Shown here: in pieces, positions 26,718 to 36,300 of the stretch
How the letters are laid out: every line of letters starts with the position of its first letter
Numbering within the stretch: position 1 is the first letter of the stretch
Virus record (IMG/VR): IMGVR_UViG_3300038520_002532
Span: 1 to 43,351 of that record
Direction: 5' to 3' (one strand)
Source: a virus
Taxonomy: Duplodnaviria; Caudoviricetes
Length of the DNA stretch: 43,351 bases
Notes under the pieces: generated by a model
The model's database searches: none
Seen by the model: the letters and a program-made list of their open reading frames with translations, nothing else
Told to the model about the DNA's origin: nothing
Position numbers and translations under genes: made by a program

Positions 26718-27080
26718 ATGTCTTGGTGGGTTGTTATCAAAAAAGATTACAGAGCAGAATTGAGTTCTGTTTTTGGAAACTTACCCAAGACAAATGAAGC
26801 ACAAGTGGAAATGGATTATGGTCGTGACTTTTGTTGTGAAAATGCTAGGGCTAGAATCTTAGAAGTTGTTGGAATCGTAGGTCACATTGTTACATCAAAG
26901 GGTAAGAAAAAATCAGGAAAAGAAGCAGCAGAACACGTTGCAGAATATGATTGTGATAAGTTACGTAGATTTTTAGAAGTTAGTCTAAGTAAAGATAGAA
27001 TGATTCCTGAAATAAAAGAAGAGGCAAAGCAAATCTTAGAAGATTGGAAGGATTGTGAAGGTGGCGAAAATGGCTATTGA
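26718..27080 (+). CDS. Hypothetical protein, MSWWVVIKK leader
   Basis: GAGGTG SD; CC and C residues. Confidence 0.65.
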   Translation: MSWWVVIKKDYRAELSSVFGNLPKTNEAQVEMDYGRDFCCENARARILEVVGIVGHIVTSKGKKKSGKEAAEHVAEYDCDKLRRFLEVSLSKDRMIPEIKEEAKQILEDWKDCEGGENGY

Positions 27081-27285
27081 ATTTGAAGTTTCACATTTCA
27101 AAAAATTCTTAGCCATTCAAGAAGAAAGACAGAAAGCGTTAGCAGAAGTCTCTCAACTTCTTGGCGTTGATTTTAGAATGTCCGAAGAGGAGAAAATCAA
27201 ATACGCTCAAGAAGACTTTAACAAATATCTTGAAAATGAAATTTTTAAGGAGGTGACGCATTGGATGAAGTCAACCTTCTCATAG
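27070..27285 (+). CDS. Small hypothetical neck-region protein
   Basis: AGGTGG SD then ATG 27070 (MAIEFEV). Confidence 0.6.
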   Translation: MAIEFEVSHFKKFLAIQEERQKALAEVSQLLGVDFRMSEEEKIKYAQEDFNKYLENEIFKEVTHWMKSTFS

Positions 27286-27770
27286 ACATTTTAGACCAAA
27301 ATTGGACTTCTTCTGCAAGCACACTTGAGTCAGGTGGCTACATTAGTTCTAGTCACGTTGCTAAACCTAACTTAATTGACGTTAGAACACTTCAAAAGAA
27401 TAAAGGTGTTCGGTATGATTTATCTTCTAAAGATGTAATCATCTTCTTTGAAGACAGTCAATCAATTGAATATCCAACTATTCACTATGATGTGAGAAAC
27501 GAAACCTATGGTTTCACGATGCACATTCGCACAGTTCAGGACGAGAGAGCCGGAACGGATGAAGGATTTGGCCGAGACAGGCTTAGGGCTTTATACCTGA
27601 TTGCCCGTCATGCACTTGAGAGCGCGAGGCGTGGCTACACCGCATCCGATGGTTCCAAATTTAATCAAATTTTTGTTGGTTCGAGAAGCGAGTCAAATGA
27701 CCGTGCTAAAAGATTATTCGGCTATAAAGTAAGCATTGAAGCAAAGAGATTTGCCCTCACAGTCCCGTAA
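27261..27770 (+). CDS. Putative tail terminator/completion protein
   Basis: GGAGGTGA SD; size and position immediately before the tail tube. Confidence 0.5.
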   Translation: MDEVNLLIDILDQNWTSSASTLESGGYISSSHVAKPNLIDVRTLQKNKGVRYDLSSKDVIIFFEDSQSIEYPTIHYDVRNETYGFTMHIRTVQDERAGTDEGFGRDRLRALYLIARHALESARRGYTASDGSKFNQIFVGSRSESNDRAKRLFGYKVSIEAKRFALTVP

Positions 27771-27797
27771 GTTCGTTTTACGAGGGGGAATTAATTT

Positions 27798-29426
27798 ATG
27801 ACAAACACAGACATTTTCTTAGGAAGCGGAGCAAGCATTACGTTCGTCCCGGAAAACGACTTATTTATTGGCGTTGGATTAAAAGATGGTGGAGCCGCCT
27901 TAGACGGTTCATCACAATCAGTAATTCAAGTTAATGCAACATTCGATTCTGACTTCGAACTGATTACAGACTTATACAAAGGTTGTATTCTAGAAAGGTA
28001 TAATACATCTGATGTGTTTCAATCTAACCACAGAATTACTTCAAATGATGCTAATTCTTTCACAATTTCACCGGCTGTCTCAGCGGCTTCAACTGACTAC
28101 TTCGTAGTCAATTCATATGGAGCGCCTGTTCCTGCCCCCGTTTCAACAGCAAAGAGACTACTTTCTGACCAATGGTTAGGAATTCTTGAAAGTGCTACCT
28201 TCCCAACTACAGAAGTCGAAATGAAGCAAACCAATCTTTCATTGGGTGGTTCTAGAAACTTCACTTATCAATATAAAGGAATCACTTCTTTTAGTGGAGG
28301 TAATCTAGCATTTGTTTCTAATCACGCCGCTTGGCTATATTACTTCTTAGGAAAATGCACAACAGTAACTTGCAGCACAGATGCTCTCGCTACTGCTTTA
28401 TCCACAGATTCTCACAGACAAACATTAGCCCACGGTTCGAGTGATAACGACTCTTTCCTTATCCGCTCTATGGATGAAGGAACAAGTGAAGTTGCCGCAG
28501 GCGATGATGCAGCAATTGGTGGTATTGTTGAAACAGGTCCAATCTTTAGAAGAACTGTCGGTAATAAAATTTGTCCGCCGATTAGTCCCTTTGAGGCTAC
28601 TGATGCTCAACTAGACTTCTATCATAAATTAGACCGCCCAACAGGAACAACGACACTAAGTAAGGCTATTACTTATACCTTTACTGAGCAAGACGGTGAT
28701 TTGTTACCGTCCTTTGCACTAGAACAAAACCTCTCTAAATTAACAGGAACTAACCTGTATCGGACAAACAACGCTGCAAGTGCAGAGGACCTAAACTTCG
28801 TTAAAATCGCTAGAGGCTGTCGGGTTAATACTTTAACCATGACGGCTAATGAAAACGAAGAAGTTAAGATGACTCTAGACTTAAGCACAAGAAATGTTCA
28901 CGAACTTGCTCAAGATGAAGTTTACGATGCTAGAAGAGGAGTTACTGATGAAACGTCTTTCATCAACTATGAATCAAGCACCAATGCAGCAGAAACGAGA
29001 GAACCTTTCTTCTTTTCTGATGGGACTTTCAAACTTCTTGGTAACACCTTCCTTAAAATCAATTCACTAACCCTAACTATGAACAACAATCTTCAAGACA
29101 GAAGGTTCTTAGGTGTTGGGAGCAAAAATATTCAGGAATCTATTCCGGGTCAAAGAACCTATGAAATTTCTTTTACTGGTCACGTTACTGACGACGCTCT
29201 CTATACTGCTCTATTGAATGATGCTGAGGACACAACTCAGACTATCGAATTAATCTTTACCAAATCAAACGGTGAAAACATCACTTTGAAGTTTGAAGAT
29301 TACTTTATTTCAGCGAACAATTTCCCAATTCCTGATGATAAAGGACCAGTTGTTGTTGAAGCAACCGTCCTCCCAAGAAATTTGAATACCTGCACGGTCA
29401 AAACCCATTGGATTTTGCAGGGGTGA
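27798..29426 (+). CDS. Major tail (tube) protein with accessory domains
   Basis: PSFALEQ, GCRVNTLTMTA, FFFSDG, SLTLTMNNNL, RTYEISFTG tail-tube pattern; upstream of chaperone and TMP. Confidence 0.78.
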   Translation: MTNTDIFLGSGASITFVPENDLFIGVGLKDGGAALDGSSQSVIQVNATFDSDFELITDLYKGCILERYNTSDVFQSNHRITSNDANSFTISPAVSAASTDYFVVNSYGAPVPAPVSTAKRLLSDQWLGILESATFPTTEVEMKQTNLSLGGSRNFTYQYKGITSFSGGNLAFVSNHAAWLYYFLGKCTTVTCSTDALATALSTDSHRQTLAHGSSDNDSFLIRSMDEGTSEVAAGDDAAIGGIVETGPIFRRTVGNKICPPISPFEATDAQLDFYHKLDRPTGTTTLSKAITYTFTEQDGDLLPSFALEQNLSKLTGTNLYRTNNAASAEDLNFVKIARGCRVNTLTMTANENEEVKMTLDLSTRNVHELAQDEVYDARRGVTDETSFINYESSTNAAETREPFFFSDGTFKLLGNTFLKINSLTLTMNNNLQDRRFLGVGSKNIQESIPGQRTYEISFTGHVTDDALYTALLNDAEDTTQTIELIFTKSNGENITLKFEDYFISANNFPIPDDKGPVVVEATVLPRNLNTCTVKTHWILQG

Positions 29427-29430
29427 TATT

Positions 29431-29541
29431 GTGGTTTCTAAATATGAAATCATTATGGCTGCCCAACAGCAAAAGAAAATTAAGCCCAAAAAAGAGGCTA
29501 AGAAGACAGAGGCTCCTAAAAAATCTAAACTAGAAAAATGA
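29431..29541 (+). CDS. 36-aa lysine-rich peptide (not in ORF track)
   Basis: GGGGTGA SD, GTG start, MVSKYEIIMAAQQQKKIKPKKEAKKTEAPKKSKLEK*. Confidence 0.45.
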   Translation: MVSKYEIIMAAQQQKKIKPKKEAKKTEAPKKSKLEK

Positions 29542-29590
29542 TATTCCACCAACATACGTTTGTTTGTTTGTTGGTTATGAAGGTGGAAGT

Positions 29591-29962
29591 ATGTTAAACG
29601 ATAAGAAAATTGTTACAGATAAGAGCGTGCTATTTGCACTAACCGAACCAAAATGTCACTTTGTTAAAGTGGCTGAAGACCGCGATGAATACCTTAAAGT
29701 CTGGGTAAAAGAACCCACATGGCTTGAGGTTGATAAGGCTATGAATAGTCTTATGAAAGTTGATGCAAGAACTCAAAATCTTGACCTCGACTTAAACGCC
29801 ATGTATCGCTACATGGTTGAGAACTTCATTGTTAAGTCTGAACCATCACTTTCCACTATTGATTTACTGCGTTTAAGTCCATACGTCGGCGCACAAATCA
29901 AAGAAATTCTCCCGAATCCATTCGATGCCTTTGAGGAGAATGAAGCAAAAAACGAACTCTGA
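29591..29962 (+). CDS. Tail assembly chaperone (gpG-like)
   Basis: Between tail tube and TMP; AGGTGG SD; ends in slippery A AAA AAC. Confidence 0.8.
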   Translation: MLNDKKIVTDKSVLFALTEPKCHFVKVAEDRDEYLKVWVKEPTWLEVDKAMNSLMKVDARTQNLDLDLNAMYRYMVENFIVKSEPSLSTIDLLRLSPYVGAQIKEILPNPFDAFEENEAKNEL

Positions 29963-30171
29963 GGGCAGCCGTTAAGGGAGGTAAAGCCGACCCTGCAACT
30001 GTTTCCCTCATTGTTGTATATACACTTGCAAAAGCGTTATCAATCAGTCCTCTTGAAATCTATAAAATGCCTGCATCGTTAGTTTTAGATTTACTTAGTG
30101 TCCATAAAACCTTTGAAGAACTAAAGGCAGAAGAAATAGAAAAGGCCACAAGAAAAGCAAAAGGAGGATAA
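29947..30171 (+). CDS. -1 frameshift extension of tail chaperone (gpGT-like)
   Basis: Heptamer AAAAAAC 29947-29953; -1 frame open for 73 codons KRTLRAAVKGG...LAKALSISPLEIYKMP...KAKGG* with TAA at 30169-30171. Confidence 0.82.
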   Translation, partial: KKRTLRAAVKGGKADPATVSLIVVYTLAKALSISPLEIYKMPASLVLDLLSVHKTFEELKAEEIEKATRKAKGG

Positions 30172-30175
30172 TTCA

Positions 30176-31660
30176 ATGGTTACTGAAGTTCAAATTCGTC
30201 AACTTCAGACTAGTATTCTTACCTTAAATGGTAGAATGAAAGAATTAATAGAAGTAATGGAAAGGCTTCCACAAGTTAGTAAGAAAGTCTCTGATTCCGT
30301 TTCTGATGTAGGAAAAGATGTTGAAGAGGCTGAGAAAAAACTAACAATTTTTGGGAGGGCTGCGGAAACATTAACTAGTCCTCAAGGACCAATGGCTAAA
30401 TTTAGAAGACTTGCCTATGGTTTCTTCCCTCCGGGTTTCTTCCGTCTTCTCAACAAAACTGCTTCTTCATTCGAACAAATTGATTTAGCGTTGAGAAAAT
30501 TTCCCAAGGTGGGAGATAAAGCAAAAGGTGTATTTAAAGCATTAACTCCGGATTTCTCAAAATTTGATGAGGCTAGTGAGCCCATTAAAAATCTAAAAAA
30601 GCGTGAAAAATATTTTAGACAGCAGATGAGAGCCGGTCCGCTATCAGAAAGCGATAGCAAGGCATTTCAGAATGTTCGATTAAGACTTGCCGGTGCGAGA
30701 ATGCAAAGAAATCGAGCAATTGGAGATATTTTTATGGGCGGCTCTAAAGAGGAAAGAGCAGCAGCAAAAGATAAAGGAAGAGAAGCAAGAAGAAAAAGTA
30801 TTGAGAAAGGCCTAGAGTTCTTCACTAAAATCTTCAAAAATATTGGTCGCGCTTTCTCTAAATTAATCATCGGCTCTCTTTATTATATTGTTCTTATTTC
30901 TACTTTCTTAATCTTGGCGTATTTTATCATCAAAGGTCTATGGCCTCAAATTAAAAAGGCGTTGGCTGTAACATTTGAAGTGATTAAAAAGGTAGGAAAG
31001 GTTGTTGTATTTGGGCTTATGCTAGCCTTTGATGGTATTAAAAGTATCTTCAAAGGGCTATTTGGTGGCGGCGATATTACGGATGTAATAGATGGTATAG
31101 CCAAGATTGTTGGTGGTCTGATAACTGTTGCACTTGGTATCGTTGCTACAATTATTGCTGCGGCTTTAACATTTGTCACAATTTTAATTACATCGTCATT
31201 AATGAGATTATATGAAGGAATCATAGACATTAGAAATACCGCTAGAGATGATATCTTCGGTGCAATCAAAAAGGCGGTCAAGGGCATTCTAACAATTCTC
31301 GGTGTGGCTGCTGCTATTATTGCTCTGATTTTTGGTTTGCCCGGTATTATTGCACTAGCCATCGTAGCAGGTATTACTTATCTGCTTACGAAACTAAAGT
31401 TCTTTGCTAATGGTGGTGTAGTAAATTCACCATTACAGGTAGTTGGTGAACGTGGACCTGAATTAGTTAGTTTGCCTCAAGGCTCAAGAGTTCATTCTAA
31501 CAAAGATTCTAGAAAGATGGTTGGTGGAGGTAATACTTTCAACATTACTATTAATGCACGCGATACATCAAACGCAGAACTGAGAAGAATTGCTGACGAG
31601 ATTGGTCGAATGGTTAACTCTAAGGTTAATCGAAGTGTTTCGTCTAGAACGTTGGGGTGA
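30176..31660 (+). CDS. Tape measure protein (short)
   Basis: Helical with hydrophobic segments; C-terminal FANGG...VGERGPELV motif. Confidence 0.85.
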   Translation: MVTEVQIRQLQTSILTLNGRMKELIEVMERLPQVSKKVSDSVSDVGKDVEEAEKKLTIFGRAAETLTSPQGPMAKFRRLAYGFFPPGFFRLLNKTASSFEQIDLALRKFPKVGDKAKGVFKALTPDFSKFDEASEPIKNLKKREKYFRQQMRAGPLSESDSKAFQNVRLRLAGARMQRNRAIGDIFMGGSKEERAAAKDKGREARRKSIEKGLEFFTKIFKNIGRAFSKLIIGSLYYIVLISTFLILAYFIIKGLWPQIKKALAVTFEVIKKVGKVVVFGLMLAFDGIKSIFKGLFGGGDITDVIDGIAKIVGGLITVALGIVATIIAAALTFVTILITSSLMRLYEGIIDIRNTARDDIFGAIKKAVKGILTILGVAAAIIALIFGLPGIIALAIVAGITYLLTKLKFFANGGVVNSPLQVVGERGPELVSLPQGSRVHSNKDSRKMVGGGNTFNITINARDTSNAELRRIADEIGRMVNSKVNRSVSSRTLG

Positions 31661-31664
31661 TTAA

Positions 31665-32264
31665 ATGCCGGATTACTACGTTTATCTTAAGACAGGAAAA
31701 CATAGTGGTAACGATGGTGCAACTATTAACACTATTCCTTTACGAGCAACTAGTGTTTCAGTTAGCACATCTAAAACAATTCCTTCCATGCAGGTTCCTC
31801 TTTCCGGTCTAGTTACGGGTGAATCAGAAACAGTTGCATTGGACATTGGTATGGCCGGTAAGAGTATTTCTATTAGTGGATTTATTGTTGATGGTGCGTT
31901 AACAAGACACGGTTCAACAGTAAATATGACTTCGCAAGAAATTGCTCAACTTATTCATTCTTCTGTTGACTCAACAGGTGTTGCTCAGAATCAAGCAATC
32001 GTTGAGTTAGTTTTCTTAATTGAATCCAAAGTTGATAGAAGTTACAACGAAGTTACTAAAAGAAACATTCCATTCACTTACCACGCAAGAGGTGGAAATA
32101 ACCTTCTAGATAACTTAAACGTTCCATTTAGGACAGAATTTCCAGATGCTGAAACAGATGACGGACTTAAAGGATTCATTCGACAATTTAGCACAACCTT
32201 TACCTCCGATACAGTTGAAGTTGATTTCTCTTTAGAGTTTGAAGTTGCTAGAATTCTACCCTGA
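31665..32264 (+). CDS. Putative distal tail/baseplate protein
   Basis: Directly after TMP; beta-rich, ends VDFSLEFEV. Confidence 0.55.
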   Translation: MPDYYVYLKTGKHSGNDGATINTIPLRATSVSVSTSKTIPSMQVPLSGLVTGESETVALDIGMAGKSISISGFIVDGALTRHGSTVNMTSQEIAQLIHSSVDSTGVAQNQAIVELVFLIESKVDRSYNEVTKRNIPFTYHARGGNNLLDNLNVPFRTEFPDAETDDGLKGFIRQFSTTFTSDTVEVDFSLEFEVARILP

Positions 32265-32273
32265 GGTGTTATC

Positions 32274-33395
32274 ATGTATGACGTTCTCACAGGCAAGCAA
32301 CGTTCGCTTGTGTTTCCCGTCATGTGCAACGGTTTCGTTACTGTTGATTATGCCGCTAACGTAGCAACCACAAATTATGGTATTTGGGACCACGAAGGTT
32401 CTTTTTGTTTCGAAGCAGTTGTTACTCCTTATGACGTAAATGGTTACGGCAAATGGTCAGGAGACACAGTAAGAACAATCGCAAACTCAAAGAAAATTAT
32501 GCCGGGTTTGCCCGTTACCTTTGGTGATTCGTCTGCTTCAAATTATCAAAGTAATTTATATTTAAAGACTTATGATTCAGGTGGTGCAGATAGATTAAAT
32601 CACAAAATGGCTTTGTTTCATAGCACATCACTTAAAATTTATTTAGTCAATGATACGGGACATAATGAAAATAATCCCGCTAACTATAAAGTTCAAGTTA
32701 TCATGACTATTGGGGGAGCGGCTCAAACTTTTACCTCAGACCATGCAATTAGTCCAGATTCTGGCTTCCAATATCAATATGCAGCCACAGATAAGGAAGG
32801 TTTTGATGAAACAGGTCAATTCGTCTATGATAAGGTTTCAACCGTTTCAGGGACATATTCGGGTTCAGGAACCACGATTTCATGCAGCCCGACGACCTCC
32901 TTTGTTCAGGGGCAGGTCCAAGACGTGTTTGCTCGGTCGGGAACTGACTTCGTGAAGGTCGGGACCATCAACACAAAAACGTCCTCAGCAATCACTATAA
33001 CGTCAGCCTATTCACCGGGTTTAAGCACCGGGGATGGCTTGTTCCTTCCTAGTTATGTTGAACCTTCTTATATTAATTCATTTCAACACGTTGCAGTTTC
33101 TTATTATTCAAACGATAATGCAATCGAAATCTACGTAAATGGGAATAAGATACTTGCTTCAAAGCACACAAACTCTGGAACCTTTGCATTCGATAAGGAA
33201 TCTTATTTCATCGGAGCAAATGGAACAGGTGGAACAGGAGACAATGCTGCTAGCACAAACCAACAATTCATGGGAGAACTACATGAATTAGCAGTAATCA
33301 ATAGGTCGAAAGACAGGTTTCAGTCTCTCTCGAATATCGTAACTAACTTAAATAACCTCTTGATGTATCTTAGGTTTGAGGAGACTGATGCTTAA
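32274..33395 (+). CDS. Tail protein with LamG/concanavalin A-like domain
   Basis: FQHVAVSY..IYVNG..FIGA..FMGELHELAV; LLMYLRFEE. Confidence 0.7.
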   Translation: MYDVLTGKQRSLVFPVMCNGFVTVDYAANVATTNYGIWDHEGSFCFEAVVTPYDVNGYGKWSGDTVRTIANSKKIMPGLPVTFGDSSASNYQSNLYLKTYDSGGADRLNHKMALFHSTSLKIYLVNDTGHNENNPANYKVQVIMTIGGAAQTFTSDHAISPDSGFQYQYAATDKEGFDETGQFVYDKVSTVSGTYSGSGTTISCSPTTSFVQGQVQDVFARSGTDFVKVGTINTKTSSAITITSAYSPGLSTGDGLFLPSYVEPSYINSFQHVAVSYYSNDNAIEIYVNGNKILASKHTNSGTFAFDKESYFIGANGTGGTGDNAASTNQQFMGELHELAVINRSKDRFQSLSNIVTNLNNLLMYLRFEETDA

Positions 33396-36300
33396 TGGCT
33401 CTAACTGTTCTCAATAAAGGTTCGACTACGGACACGAACACTAATTGTCCAACGAACCCTAAGATTAAAACTAATACTTCTTCTAGTGCATCAGCAAAGC
33501 ATTTTACCATTGTTCATCCAGACGATAGTGAAAATTTAACATTTGATGAAATTTCAAGTGGAGCAGGTCTTTTAACAGAATACACTAACTTAGCAACAAC
33601 TCCCGGACATATTGTTAAGCAATATAACGCTTTTACTCAGGAAGGAGTCCAACTTAGCATTAATACGACGCACTATTGGTTTATCCTTTTGCATTCGGAT
33701 GATGCGAATCAACATCATTTTGCTAGAATTACTGAATCTTTAACAGACGATGTGGCGGGAGATTCCTTAGAATTTACTCCTAAGTTAGGAAAAGAAATTC
33801 CAAAGGGAACTAAATTTATGTTGTTTAAAGGGCCTCTCTTAACTTCAAATGCTATTGCTTTTTCTGGTGGTATTAACGATAGTCTTAGAAATGAATTAGT
33901 TTGTTCTAGGCCTCTTTTCTATATTGAAGAAACTAAAGTAAATAAAAAGGGTGAGTTGGACCATAACACAAAATATTTTGTTCAAAATAATTCAGCAACT
34001 AGCGGTTCAACGATTACTGTTAATTCCTTAAAAACAGCGTTTATGGTTGAGCAAGATTTTTCAAATGCTGTTGTTGATTATAGCCCATATTCTTTACAGG
34101 TTACACTAACTGACGTTTTAAGAAACAAAGACGTAGCCGGGACTCCCGTTCCTCAAGAGTCTTCATATTCTTTACCAACTGAAGACTTTACTGATTATGA
34201 AGATGTTTTCTACAATGCAAGAAGACAAGTAGATAATGACATTTCTGGAACAATTAATTTGACTGGACCGACACGTTATCTTCATTACGATTTCTCACCC
34301 ACATTTTGTAATGCTGCGGTAGGTGTAATTGAAGCAGAAATTACAGATTCAGTTGGAACTAGGTCAGGTTTTGCTAACGTAAATATTGTTGATAACAATA
34401 GAATTGTTCCAAAGAAAGTCTCTGAAGAAGATGCATTAAGGATTAGACATTTAGTTCATAGAGGTGACTTTTTCGATTGGTTTGAACTTAAGGCATCATT
34501 AGATACTCACACAGGTTCTAGAACTTATACAGTAACTAGCGATTATGATTTAACTGGTTTTTTAAATGTTAATGACGAAGTTAAGGTAGGGTCTAGAATT
34601 TTGATTGTTGAGGCAATTACGTCAACAACAATTCAGTTTAACGAATTTAGCAGATTACAGACAGAGGGTATTTTCACGAACTCAACTTCTTTAACAAGTT
34701 TGGGGCAAGAGACATTATACAGAAGAGCATATAATTCAACCGACGGAACTCTTTTAACTAAATTTAATATCGTTGAAGGCAGAGACTCCAACTTAAGTGT
34801 AAGGTTCACAACAAAGAACTTTAGATTTATTTATGCCTCTGTAACTAGTTCTGATAAAGATAAGGAGATGTTAACTCTCAGTTTTTCTGAAGACGGATAC
34901 GATACGAACCCTTTGAAATATCTTTTAGGTAGTTATCAAATTTTTGTTGAAAGATTTGATGGAGCAGTTGAATCTGTGGAGTCCTCTAAGAATGCGGGCC
35001 AGACTTATGTTAAATTAGAAGGAAGAAACAATCTAAGAAAACTGCTTTCTCCTATTGTTAATTCTAATAAATTATTTTCAAAGGATATGATTTACTCTTC
35101 AAAATCATTTTATGATACGATGCAGGACCTTAGTAGGACTGTAGTTACTTCTGGAAATTTCTTAAAAGGTGGAACAAAGACATTTGATATCAATAGCACA
35201 ACGACTAGTATTTCTCAAGGAGACGAATTGTTTGGGAGATTTACTAACGGAACATTTGGTTATATTGGAGAAGTTGCTAGTTTTTCATCAGTAACAGTAA
35301 CTCTAGTTGACTTTCCAAGAATGGCTAGTTATGGAAATAGCGTTGCATTATATAAACCCCAAGCAAAATCATATGTTTTCAATAAAGCATTAGCAACAAA
35401 TTATACTGTTAATCAAACAACTACGGCTTTGGAGGGTTCTGCTGATAAAGGGGTCATGTTCGATTCAGGAACAAAGTTAGACTCTAGTGGTAATGATGGA
35501 ACCGCTCTAGTTGGAACATCTAGCGATGACGATGCTAACGCATTAGGTTATCCTATTCATCATCCTTCTGGTATGAAGAATGATAGATTCTTTCAATCAA
35601 GATTGCAAAATACAGATGGAACTAATCAATCCTTTGAAGTAGCAAATAGTCTAATTGACTTTTCGGTTTTAGGTATTAGCGCAAGCGATACAGAAACTAC
35701 TATTGAGTTAGCACCTTACGTTCCCCTCACTTTAGGTCGTGTTGATATCAATAGTCAAAGCACTATTGAAAAGACATTTGAAAATGTTGGGACAGTTGGC
35801 GCTATTTCAAACAGTCGTTCCTTTACGGCAACTAGTTTAAGCCCATACTATGATTATGAGGAATCTGTATATGTTGATGGTGTATTTATTGGGAAGTGTA
35901 TTCAAGTCTCAACCGCAGGTGGGGGTGCGATTACAGTTTATCTTGATAGAAGAGCAACTGCCTCTGCGGGTAATCTTCAAAGAGTCGCATTTAATGATTC
36001 TGGGACATATTACGAAAGACAAGATTATGCTCATTCCTTAGCCTTACTTAATGGTGCGCATTTACATGGTGGTAAAACAATTGGTCTACTAAATCCAAAA
36101 TATCTTAGAACGCCTTCATCAAATCCTAATTTACTTTTTGAAGCCCCATATTCTTTTGGGACTACCAACTTTGATAGTTACACCCACAAATACGGGTCAC
36201 CTTTATATAGAATTTTTAATTTAGAAAAAGGAAATGTTAACTATAAAACGCCTAAAAGAACTTCTTGGTCAGAGGACTATGATTTAGACTATTATAATGA

